Source: an uncultured Sphingomonadales bacterium (lineage in GTDB: Bacteria > Pseudomonadota > Alphaproteobacteria > Sphingomonadales > Sphingomonadaceae). Taken from it: a stretch of DNA of 52,510 bases. The stretch spans positions 1-52,510 of the forward strand of contig CALGEE010000070.1 in the NCBI GenBank assembly GCA_937881525.1. Reading direction: 5' to 3'. Position 1 is the stretch's first letter, and each line of letters starts with the position of its first letter. The position numbers were made by a program, and so were the translations under genes. Below, piece by piece: positions 1 through 8,397 of this stretch. The notes under the pieces are model-generated. The model was not told the DNA's origin. It did no database searches and saw only the letters and a list, made by a program, of their open reading frames with translations.

Positions 1-1123
1 CCAAGGCGTTCAGAACCGTCTGGCTGTCGGCACCGGGTTGCGGCATTATCGCGCACGCGCTTGGCCGCTTACCATTCATCAGGATCGGCATCGTCGGCAG
101 CCGGGTTTCGGTCCCGTCGTCTAGCATCACTGGCTCCAGCCCCCTCGACGCCGCCAGATGCGGATCGTCAAACATTTCCTCGGGCCGACCGATAGGCGCA
201 AAGGGCAGGCCGGTACCGTCAAGCTTGGCAACGACCTCCGCGCGAGTGAAGCCTGAAATCAGTTCACGGATCTGTGGCATGATGCGGTCGCGCGCCAGCA
301 CGCGATCATTATTCTTGCGAATGGTATCGTCGGCCCACAGCTTATCTAACCCGAACAGCGTGCAGAATTTCTCCCATAGCGCATCGGTGACGACGCCAAT
401 GAAAACCGGATCGTCCTTAGTTTCGAACACATCATAAATCGCCCAGGCCGACACGCGCGCCGGCATTGGCGCGGCGGCTTTGCCGGTAACTGCGAACTGC
501 GCCATATGCTGGCCGACAAGATAGACGGTGGTTTCGAAAAGGCTAGAGATCACCTTTTGCCCCTTGCCCGTCCGGTGCCGTTCCTCGAGCGCCGCCAAGA
601 TCCCGATGACCCCGAACATGCCGCCGGCGACATCGATAACACTTGCGCCGGCACGTAGTGGTTTGCCCGGCAGCCCAGTCATATAGGCAAGCCCTCCCAT
701 CATTTGCGCGACCTCATCGAGCGCTGTGCGTTCTTCATAGGGGCCGGGGAGGAAGCCCTTTTCCGAGCAGTAAATCAGGCGGGGGTTGGTCTCACTTAAT
801 GCTTCGTAACTTAGTCCAAGCCGGTCCAACGCGCCGGGACGGAAATTCTCAACCAATATGTCGGCGCGTTCGCACAGCTTGCGCGCAACCTCCATCCCGC
901 CTTCGGACTTGAGGTCGAGACAGATCGACTGCTTGTGGCGGTTGTACATCGGGAAATAGCCCGCGCCCGATCCCAACAAACGTCGCGTCTGGTCGCCGCC
1001 GATAGGCTCAACACGGATCACCTCTGCGCCCAGGCTGGCGAGAACATGGCCCACCGTCGGCCCCATGACCATGTGTGTGAACTCGACGGCCTTTAGGCCG
1101 GCAAGAGGTGTCGGTCCGGTCAT
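1..1123 (-). CDS. CaiB/BaiF family III CoA-transferase (3' end runs off the window)
   Basis: Not in the ORF track. My translation from ATG 1123 reads MTGPTPLAGLKAVEFTHMVMGPTVGHVLASLGAEVIRVEPIGGDQTRRL...YNRHKQSICLDLKS, a typical family III N-terminus. ATGA overlap with the upstream lyase stop at 1120. Confidence 0.9.
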   Translation of the reverse strand, partial: MTGPTPLAGLKAVEFTHMVMGPTVGHVLASLGAEVIRVEPIGGDQTRRLLGSGAGYFPMYNRHKQSICLDLKSEGGMEVARKLCERADILVENFRPGALDRLGLSYEALSETNPRLIYCSEKGFLPGPYEERTALDEVAQMMGGLAYMTGLPGKPLRAGASVIDVAGGMFGVIGILAALEERHRTGKGQKVISSLFETTVYLVGQHMAQFAVTGKAAAPMPARVSAWAIYDVFETKDDPVFIGVVTDALWEKFCTLFGLDKLWADDTIRKNNDRVLARDRIMPQIRELISGFTRAEVVAKLDGTGLPFAPIGRPEEMFDDPHLAASRGLEPVMLDDGTETRLPTMPILMNGKRPSACAIMPQPGADSQTVLNAL

Positions 1124-2040
1124 GCCTTACCCCTTCGCGCATAGTCGAGCGTCAGGCCAGCGCCTGGCGTGAAGCCGTAAAGCGGTTCGCCCGGCAAGGC
1201 GGCAGTAACTATCTCGCGCACGTTAAGCAGCTTTTCGAGGTCGATGCCGGTGTCACATCCCATGCTGTTCAGCATAAAGACCAAGTCCTCGGTCACGATA
1301 TTGCCCGACGCGCCGGGGGCGAACGGACAGCCGCCGATGCCACCCAATGACGCATCGAGCGTGGTAATATCTTCCTCAAGCCCCGCAAGCGCATTGGCAA
1401 GGCCAAGGCCGCGCGTATTGTGCAGGTGGAGCGTGGTCATCTTGTCGGCACCGACTGCTGCCCTGACTTTGCGCACCAGCCGCCTGACCTGCGCGGGGTC
1501 GGCATAACCGGTGGTATCCGACAGACTGAACTCCATCGCGCCGGCTTCCGCTGCCTTTTCGGCGAGGCGAGCGACATTGTCTTCGTCCACCGCGCCTTCC
1601 ATCGTGCAGCCAAAGGCGGTGGACAGACCCACCGAAAAGTGGATGTTAGCTGCCTTTGCGATCTCGGCAACAGCGCGGATTTCGCCGATCATTTCCGCAT
1701 GTGACTTACGCACATTTTTGATCGAGTGCGTTTCAGACATCGAAAAGGGGATCGACATACCGTGCACGCCTGCCTCTGCCGCGCGCGCTGCGCCCTGCGC
1801 GTTGGGGACAAGCGCTACGACATTTAGGCCGTTAATGGTTTTCGCGAACGCGACAATTTCTGCGGTGTCTGCCATCTGCGGCAATAGCGAAGGTGGCACA
1901 AAGCTGCCGACCTCGATTTCGCGCACGCCGGCTTCGGCCTCGGCTTTAATCCACGCCTTTTTGGCCTCTAGCGGCATGATCCGACTGGTCGATTGCAGCC
2001 CGTCGCGCGGCCCGACCTCTGACACGAGAATTTTGGTCAT
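1120..2040 (-). CDS. Hydroxymethylglutaryl-CoA lyase-like / (R)-citramalyl-CoA lyase-like DRE-TIM enzyme
   Basis: EVGPRDGLQ, HLHNTRGLG and GGCPFAPGASGN motifs. Start moved to ATG 2040, which overlaps the leuD stop as ATGA. Confidence 0.9.
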   Translation of the reverse strand: MTKILVSEVGPRDGLQSTSRIMPLEAKKAWIKAEAEAGVREIEVGSFVPPSLLPQMADTAEIVAFAKTINGLNVVALVPNAQGAARAAEAGVHGMSIPFSMSETHSIKNVRKSHAEMIGEIRAVAEIAKAANIHFSVGLSTAFGCTMEGAVDEDNVARLAEKAAEAGAMEFSLSDTTGYADPAQVRRLVRKVRAAVGADKMTTLHLHNTRGLGLANALAGLEEDITTLDASLGGIGGCPFAPGASGNIVTEDLVFMLNSMGCDTGIDLEKLLNVREIVTAALPGEPLYGFTPGAGLTLDYARRGKA

Positions 2041-2630
2041 GGGTGTTTCTCCAGATAAATCCATGGCCGCGCGGCTCGGTCGCCGTCCTGCCACGCGGCT
2101 ATGGCGTCGCGGTGTTTAAGGGTTAGGTCGACGGCGTCCAGTCCTTCGAGCAACATCTTCTTGGCCTCGGCCTCAATATCAAAGACTTGCCCGTTCACCG
2201 TCTGCGCGGCAAGGTCAACGGTTGCCGCGCCGCCACCAAGCGTGTCGATGACAGTGCGTGGCAAAGCAATGGGCGCGATACCATTGCGGATGCAGTTATT
2301 GTAGAAAATTGGCGCAAAGCTCTCGGCAATGACGCAGCTGATACCATATTCAGCCAGCGCCCAGACCGCATGTTCGCGGCTCGATCCGCAACCAAAATTG
2401 GCGCCGCTGGCAAGAATTTGCGCCTCGAGATATTCCGGTTGGTTCAGGACAAAATTCGGATTGGGCGTGCGCGCAGCTGGGTCGATATAGCGCCATGGCG
2501 CGAACAAGCCGTCGGCAAGGCCTGTCTTGCCGGTGCTTTTCATTTCGCGTGACGGGATAATTGCGTCGGTATCGACATTATCACGCGGCAAGGGTGCAAC
2601 GATGGAGGTGAGCGTGGTGAATGGCTTCAT
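2037..2630 (-). CDS. leuD: 3-isopropylmalate dehydratase small subunit family (LeuD-like, probably catabolic)
   Basis: NVDTDAIIP, NFGCGSSREHAVWAL and SFAPIFYNNC motifs. Confidence 0.9.
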   Translation of the reverse strand: MKPFTTLTSIVAPLPRDNVDTDAIIPSREMKSTGKTGLADGLFAPWRYIDPAARTPNPNFVLNQPEYLEAQILASGANFGCGSSREHAVWALAEYGISCVIAESFAPIFYNNCIRNGIAPIALPRTVIDTLGGGAATVDLAAQTVNGQVFDIEAEAKKMLLEGLDAVDLTLKHRDAIAAWQDGDRAARPWIYLEKHP

Positions 2631-3976
2631 GGTACCGTTATCTTGCCCGCAATCGCGCTCGCGGCAACCACCTCCGGGCTGGCGATATGCGTGCGAATGC
2701 CCGGGCCTTGGCGACCCTCAAAATTGCGGTTGGTTGAGGAAATGACCCGGCTACCCGGCGGAAAACTCTCACCGCCTGCGAAGAAGCACAACGAACAACC
2801 GCTTTCGCGCCATTCAAACCCCGCATCGGTGAAAATCTTGTCCAATCCCTCCGCTTCTGCGGCGCGTTTGACCGACGACGAGCCGGGAATGACCAATGCC
2901 AGAACGCCTTCGGCGACCTTTTTACTCTTTACCAAAGTGGCCGCGCGGCGGAGGTCGGAGATGCGCGAGTTAGTGCAACTGCCGATAAAGGCAACGTCTA
3001 TTGCCAAGTCCGCAAGCCTTTGCCCCTTTGTTAGCCCCATATAAGCCAAAGCTTTCACGTCGGCGTTATCGGGGACAGTGCCTAATAACGAGATACTATG
3101 GCTGGGCGAAGTTCCCCAACTCACCATTGGTTCAATGGCGGAAGCATCAATATTGATTTCGCAATCGAATAATGCGCCATCGTCGCTTCGCAAATCTCCC
3201 CAATCAGGAAGCGGGTCAGGCACGTATCGGCGGCCTTTGAGATAGTCGAGCGTAGCCGCATCGGGTGCGATTATCCCGGAAAATGCGGCAAGCTCGGTCG
3301 CCATATTGCACAATGTCATCCGCGCTTCCATGTTGAGCGCGGTTATCGCTTCGCCTGCAAATTCGACGACAAACCCTTTGCCGCCGCCTGCGCCATGATC
3401 GGCGAGCAAGTGCAGAATCATATCTTTCGCGGTCACGCGCGCAGTCAATGTCCCGCTGAAAGTCACCCGCATCGTTTTCGGCTTGGCGACGCGCAATGTG
3501 CCAGTTGCCATGGCATGTTCTGCCTCGGATGAACCGATGCCCCACGCTAGCGCACCGAAAGCACCTTGCGTGCAAGTGTGGCTGTCAGGCGCTACAAAAG
3601 TGCAGCCCGGCAAGACGATACCGAGCTCAGGCGAAATGACATGAGTGATACCCTGATCGGGGTCATTGACATCGAACAGCGTGATCCCTGCCGCATGGCA
3701 TGCGGCGCGGGTTTCGGTGATGAAAGTATCACCGCCGGGCATCATCGTTTCGTCACCGCGTCCGGGTCGCGTATCTACGATATGATCCATCACCGCAAAG
3801 ACGCGCGCCGGATCGACCACCGCGCGGTTTGCGTTTGCCATGCTATTCAACGCCGCAGCGCCTGTCCTTTCATGCAGGAAAATCCGGTCGATGGCGATCA
3901 ATGCGGAGCCACCACCCAAATCGACGATGACATGGGTATTCCAGATTTTTTCAAAAAGGGTCTGTGCCTTAACCAG
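2627..3976 (-). CDS. leuC: 3-isopropylmalate dehydratase large subunit family (LeuC-like, [4Fe-4S] hydro-lyase); probable CTG start
   Basis: DSHTCTQGA, FIGSCTNSR, GCSLC and STNRNFEGRQG motifs. The conserved N-terminus (KAQTLFEKIWNTHVI) lies upstream of the ORF-track start at 3919. An in-frame CTG at 3976 has GGAGG 6 nt upstream. Confidence 0.85.
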   Translation of the reverse strand: MVKAQTLFEKIWNTHVIVDLGGGSALIAIDRIFLHERTGAAALNSMANANRAVVDPARVFAVMDHIVDTRPGRGDETMMPGGDTFITETRAACHAAGITLFDVNDPDQGITHVISPELGIVLPGCTFVAPDSHTCTQGAFGALAWGIGSSEAEHAMATGTLRVAKPKTMRVTFSGTLTARVTAKDMILHLLADHGAGGGKGFVVEFAGEAITALNMEARMTLCNMATELAAFSGIIAPDAATLDYLKGRRYVPDPLPDWGDLRSDDGALFDCEINIDASAIEPMVSWGTSPSHSISLLGTVPDNADVKALAYMGLTKGQRLADLAIDVAFIGSCTNSRISDLRRAATLVKSKKVAEGVLALVIPGSSSVKRAAEAEGLDKIFTDAGFEWRESGCSLCFFAGGESFPPGSRVISSTNRNFEGRQGPGIRTHIASPEVVAASAIAGKITVP

Positions 3977-4460
3977 TCTGCCCCTCCAACGAGCGCCAAT
4001 CGCGCGTTACCAGCTTTTCTTGAATCGCAGTGCGGGTCTCCAAAACGCCGTTCCGGATCCAGTGCCAGGTCCGGCAACGGTCAACGCCGCTGTCGGCCAG
4101 CTGGATCATCTCATACAGATAGAGCGATGGATCGCCAGTGCGCTGCCAATACAACATCACCGTGCGGTTAAATTCATCGAGCGGCACTTCGGCTGCCCAG
4201 CCATGAATCAGATCATTGTCCCACCAGACGCGCCCATCGCGATACTCAGCCGGAAACTCGCGGATTTCGGTGCGGCCGTCGTCCCACAAATAGTGGTTGG
4301 TCTGGTGATAAGGATAGGGTCCATCGTCGGGAAAGCGACAGATCAGGCGGCTCTTATGCTCGTCGGTCTTCTCATTCTGGTCGTTGAAATAGCTATACAC
4401 ACCGTCCCACACGCCTTCATGGCGGGCGAGCAGCGGCATGGCTTCACGGATATTGGTCAT
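3969..4460 (-). CDS. Conserved hypothetical beta-barrel-type protein (DUF3598-like)
   Basis: 163 aa, aromatic and beta-strand rich, with N-terminal HEGVWDGVY resembling the G-x-W-x-G of lipocalin/nitrobindin-like barrels. In operon with leuCD. Family call from memory. Confidence 0.55.
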   Translation of the reverse strand: MTNIREAMPLLARHEGVWDGVYSYFNDQNEKTDEHKSRLICRFPDDGPYPYHQTNHYLWDDGRTEIREFPAEYRDGRVWWDNDLIHGWAAEVPLDEFNRTVMLYWQRTGDPSLYLYEMIQLADSGVDRCRTWHWIRNGVLETRTAIQEKLVTRDWRSLEGQTG

Positions 4461-4487
4461 GGGAGAGAGCCTTTCTTGCTAAGAAAT

Positions 4488-5852
4488 TCATTTGTTGCTG
4501 AGCGCCATGGCAAGTTGTTTTGCCGATACGGCCCGGATTAATGCTCGGTGTTCAATGACTAGCCGCTCGGGTTCGAGATCACTTGGATCGAAATCAACCG
4601 CATACGCAGCATTGGCTTCATACCAAGGTTCGAAGATATGGGCCGCGCGCACAATGCCCCAAGCCTCAGTCAGATGATGGCCGAAGCGGGACGGGCTTAG
4701 GTCCGGGTAAAGCCTGTCGATATCGCCCTTTGCGGGCGGATCAAAGCTGGTTTTTGCTATGCCGAAATGCGCCGCGACAGCATCAATGACGTCCTGCCAA
4801 GCCTGCCAGTCGGCTGGAGCAGCGCCCTTCCATTTGTCGGCCAAGCCGTGTCCGGGCATGTCGATCTCTATGGCATCGGAAACATCCGCCATGCCCAATT
4901 CTTTCCCGGGCGCATGGATATGCAATCGCTTTGGATCGCCAGAAGCACGCCAATGAATGAGGCCTTCGAAGAGCGGCGTTTTGACTGGCAGAAAACCCTG
5001 ATGCCCATCTTCGGGAAGCGGCCCAGCTTCATCGCCAGCCCGTTGCGTCAGAAGAAAGTCAAAGCTGGCGGCGCGTTGCTCCAAAGGATTCGCTTGGGTG
5101 CTTTTATGCCAGCCTTTGGGAAGCAGCCCAGTCCGCTCCATATGCACGGTCAGCGGATCGCCCACATATCCGTTGAGCAGGGCAGGCGGCACCTCGGCAT
5201 CGGCTGCGGGAATGTCATTCTGCGCCTCAATCGCTGCGCGGTATCCGAACCGATAGGCATCATTGCAATTCAGCATGTCATCGACGATCAGCGCGACCAG
5301 CTCCGGATTGTCATGCGCAAAGGGCATGCGCGTTTTCGGGTCTGGCCGGTACCAGGGGAAGTACCAGCTTTGCTCTAATATCCGGTTCCACATCCAGACC
5401 AGATGTTCGCCAAAGGGCTTGGCCGGGTTCGGAGGGATATAGGCATCCCCCAAAATCTCCCGCTCTTGTTCATTCAAGATGGGATAGCCAACTGCAGAAA
5501 GGGCCGTAAACTTCTCTGGAAACCGCCGCACTGCGCTCATCAACACAATTGCGCCTGTATGAAAGCCATAGGCAGGCACAGGGCCGATGCCCAGCGCATC
5601 GACGAAGGCCATCACGCTATCAGCGATATCTTCGATTGTCAGATTGGCGATGCCTAGAGGTTCCGAATGTCCGAAACCCGGCAAATCGGGTGCGATGCAA
5701 GTGAAACGCGCACCCCATTCCTGCATCAGCGGCTCATATTCTGATGACGAACGCGGGCTTTGATGCACCATTAGCAGCGGCGGGCCTTTGCCCGCACGGC
5801 GGTAATGGACTCGGCGCCCATTGATTGTAAGATAGTGGCGTGTAATCTTCAT
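4488..5852 (-). CDS. Alpha/beta-hydrolase fold protein with a degenerate duplicated C-terminal domain
   Basis: VHYRRAGKGPPLLMVHQSP, APDLPGFGHS and elbow GFHTG. Second copy IHWRASG...IDMPGHG. Start is ATG 5852 or GTG 5858. Confidence 0.85.
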   Translation of the reverse strand: MKITRHYLTINGRRVHYRRAGKGPPLLMVHQSPRSSSEYEPLMQEWGARFTCIAPDLPGFGHSEPLGIANLTIEDIADSVMAFVDALGIGPVPAYGFHTGAIVLMSAVRRFPEKFTALSAVGYPILNEQEREILGDAYIPPNPAKPFGEHLVWMWNRILEQSWYFPWYRPDPKTRMPFAHDNPELVALIVDDMLNCNDAYRFGYRAAIEAQNDIPAADAEVPPALLNGYVGDPLTVHMERTGLLPKGWHKSTQANPLEQRAASFDFLLTQRAGDEAGPLPEDGHQGFLPVKTPLFEGLIHWRASGDPKRLHIHAPGKELGMADVSDAIEIDMPGHGLADKWKGAAPADWQAWQDVIDAVAAHFGIAKTSFDPPAKGDIDRLYPDLSPSRFGHHLTEAWGIVRAAHIFEPWYEANAAYAVDFDPSDLEPERLVIEHRALIRAVSAKQLAMALSNK

Positions 5853-5862
5853 ATTCACAAAG

Positions 5863-5874
5863 TTGTCCGGACAA
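5863..5874. promoter_or_regulatory. Putative GntR operator 1, TTGTCCGGACAA
   Basis: Perfect palindrome in a divergent intergenic region. The 20-mer CAAAGTTGTCCGGACAAATT (5858-5877) is identical to 12141-12160. Confidence 0.85.
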
Positions 5875-5936
5875 ATTCTACTCGACTTTTTGTTAGCGAG
5901 TGGTCAAGGAGTATGCAAGCAGGAGTTACGTCTAGC

Positions 5937-6617
5937 ATGAGTATGATAGGAACGAAAATGATCAGCGATGGTAAAACGGCAAAGCAGCTGTTTGAAGAGT
6001 TGATGGCCAATCCTGCGCGCAAGAAATTTGGCTTTGGCGAGAAGCTCGCCATTTTGAACGTCGATTTTCAGCAGGCCTATACGCGCGTCGATATGTTCAA
6101 GACCGCCTATGAAACCGATCCGCGGCAGATAGAATATGTGAACGCCATCTCACGGCTCGCCCGTGAAAAGGGAATGCCGGTGGTCTGGAGCCAGGTTGGC
6201 TATATGGACAATGCCGATGATGCCGGTGTCTGGGGCACGCGGACCGACACTGAGGACAGTTTGCAGAATATCAAATATGGCTCCGAACGGCACAAATTCG
6301 ATCCGCGATGCGATATTCATGCGAGTGATCTGCAATATACGAAGCGGATGCCGAGCATGTTTTTTGAAACACCGCTGGCGAGCTTTCTGACCTGGCACCG
6401 CGTTGACACGGTGGTTGTGACGGGAGGCTCGACCTCCGGCTGCGTTCGCGCGACCGCTGTCGATGCGCTTTCTCACGGCTATCGCACCATCGTCCCTATA
6501 GAAACCTGTGCAGACAAGCATGAAAGCTATCACTTCGCCAATTTGACCGACCTGCAGATCAAATATGCCGATGTCGAACCAGTTCAGACCGTCATCGACT
6601 GGTTGGAGGCGGGTTGA
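5937..6617 (+). CDS. Isochorismatase-family cysteine hydrolase (maleamate amidohydrolase / N-carbamoylsarcosine amidase-like)
   Basis: Asp-Lys-Cys triad motifs NVDFQ, TKRMPSMF and STSGCVRATAVDA. Start uncertain (5913, 5937 or 5943). Confidence 0.85.
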   Translation: MSMIGTKMISDGKTAKQLFEELMANPARKKFGFGEKLAILNVDFQQAYTRVDMFKTAYETDPRQIEYVNAISRLAREKGMPVVWSQVGYMDNADDAGVWGTRTDTEDSLQNIKYGSERHKFDPRCDIHASDLQYTKRMPSMFFETPLASFLTWHRVDTVVVTGGSTSGCVRATAVDALSHGYRTIVPIETCADKHESYHFANLTDLQIKYADVEPVQTVIDWLEAG

Positions 6618-7486
6618 TGCTGGAGGGGGCGAAGGATCCTGGGCTTTACGACTATGCGCCTTATCGCGGGCGCAAGAAGATCGTATGGCCCGAGGGCAAG
6701 ACCTGCGCCGTTTGGGTTGCCCCTAATCTGGAATATTATGAGATAGACCCGCCGGTCCATCCCAAGCGCAAGCCATGGGCAAAGCCGCATCCCGATGTGG
6801 TCGGCTACAGCCAACGCGATCACAGCAACCGCGTTTCGCATTGGCGCATGGCCGAGGTGATGAGCAGGCATGGCTTTCCGGGTTCGGTTTCGCTGTCAGT
6901 CGCCCTGTGCCAGCATCATCCCAAGGTGGTCGCCGATGGCGTCGCGCGCGGCTGGGAGTTTTTCAGCCACGGCATTTACAACACCCGTTACAGCTATGAC
7001 ATGAGCGAGGCGCAGGAACGCTCGATCATCGAGGATTCGATTCGGACCGTGCAGGATGCAACCGGACAGCGCATCCGCGGCTGGCTCGCCCCCGCGCTCA
7101 CACACACGCCCCGCACGCTGGACCTGCTGGCCGAATATGATTTCGATTACACTTGCGACCTTTACCATGATGATCAGGTTCAGGCGGTGAAAACGGCAAC
7201 CGGCGATCTGGTGTCGATCCCTTACAGCCTCGAGGTCAACGACCATTATGGCTTCTTCGTCTACAACATGTCTGGCCGGGAATATGCCGACACGCTGGTG
7301 CGGCAATTTGAGCGGCTGGCGTCCGAAGGTGGCACGGTGATGTGCATTCCGCTGCACGCCTATCTGATTGGTCAGCCACACCGCATTGGTCCCTTTGAGG
7401 AAGCGCTGGAGCATATCGCCAAGGATGGCCGCGCTTGGCTGGCGCGCGCGGGCGATATTGTCGACGCATGGAGAGCGCAGGTATGA
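6614..7486 (+). CDS. Polysaccharide deacetylase (CE4/NodB) family, PuuE-like amidohydrolase
   Basis: WPEGKTCAVWVAPNLE, WEFFSHG, RGWLAP, DLYHDDQ and CIPLHAYLIGQPHRI motifs. Confidence 0.85.
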   Translation: MMLEGAKDPGLYDYAPYRGRKKIVWPEGKTCAVWVAPNLEYYEIDPPVHPKRKPWAKPHPDVVGYSQRDHSNRVSHWRMAEVMSRHGFPGSVSLSVALCQHHPKVVADGVARGWEFFSHGIYNTRYSYDMSEAQERSIIEDSIRTVQDATGQRIRGWLAPALTHTPRTLDLLAEYDFDYTCDLYHDDQVQAVKTATGDLVSIPYSLEVNDHYGFFVYNMSGREYADTLVRQFERLASEGGTVMCIPLHAYLIGQPHRIGPFEEALEHIAKDGRAWLARAGDIVDAWRAQV

Positions 7487-8397
7487 CCCTGGACGCCTCC
7501 TACACCGAATATCCGAAACGCCGCCATGGCTATGACCATGAGCTTTATACTTGGTCGGCCATGCATGAGCGCAAGCCGGTCGAATGGGGCGCTGGCCGCA
7601 AAGTGGCGATTTGGCTCTGCGTCAGTCTGGAGTGGTTCCCGATTACCCCTAGCGACACGCCGTTCCGTGCGCCGGGACATATGCAAACCGCCTATCCCGA
7701 TTACCGCCACTATACCGCGCGTGAATATGGCACGCGGATCGGCGTGTACCGTCTGCTCGATGCATTCACCAAGGCGGGCGTGACGGCGAGCTTTGCGACT
7801 AACAGCGCGAATGCTGAGCGTTATCCCGAACTGGTAGCTGACATCATCGCGGGCGGGCATGAGATTATTGCGCACTCAACCGACATGAACGGCACAATCG
7901 CCAGCGGCATGGCCGAAGGCGCGGAAGCAGCGCTGATCTCGACTTCGCTCGATGCTTTGGAAAAGGCGACTGGTGCGCGTCCGCAGGGCTGGGCCTCCAT
8001 CGCGCGCTCGCAGAGCTGGGACACGCCCGATTTGCTTGTGGAAGCAGGCGTCAAATATTGCTGCGATTGGGTGAATGATGAACTGCCATACCGGTTCAAC
8101 AATGGCCTGATCAACTTGCCGTTGAATCACGAGCTGTCCGACCGGCAGATCATTACGGTGCAGCAGAAATCGGCGGACAGCTATGCCGAGAGCATGCGCG
8201 ATGCCTATTACTGGTTGGCTAAAGAAGCCGCGCAATTTGGTGGGCGTATGCTGCCGATGCATATCACGCCCTATATCATTGGCCTGCCATACCGGATTGA
8301 TGCCTTTGAAAAGCTGCTCGGCGATTTGCGGGCGCGTGATGACGCATGGTTCGCAACCGGTGGCGAGATTGTGGATGCGTGGGAGAAGCAGCTATGA
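7483..8397 (+). CDS. Polysaccharide deacetylase (CE4/NodB) family, PuuE-like, paralogue 2
   Basis: REYGTRIGVYRLLD, HEIIAHS, DWVNDELP and TPYIIGLPYRI motifs. ATGA-coupled start at 7483. Confidence 0.85.
   Translation: MTLDASYTEYPKRRHGYDHELYTWSAMHERKPVEWGAGRKVAIWLCVSLEWFPITPSDTPFRAPGHMQTAYPDYRHYTAREYGTRIGVYRLLDAFTKAGVTASFATNSANAERYPELVADIIAGGHEIIAHSTDMNGTIASGMAEGAEAALISTSLDALEKATGARPQGWASIARSQSWDTPDLLVEAGVKYCCDWVNDELPYRFNNGLINLPLNHELSDRQIITVQQKSADSYAESMRDAYYWLAKEAAQFGGRMLPMHITPYIIGLPYRIDAFEKLLGDLRARDDAWFATGGEIVDAWEKQL

Noticed and set aside
2037-3976. Leucine biosynthesis operon
   Set aside because: No leuA or leuB is present, the substrate motif is divergent, and the genes are coupled to a CoA-transferase and lyase under the catabolic operator.
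6614-8397. Cell-wall or exopolysaccharide deacetylation locus
   Set aside because: The sequences are PuuE-like and cytoplasmic, and there are no glycosyltransferases or polysaccharide export genes.
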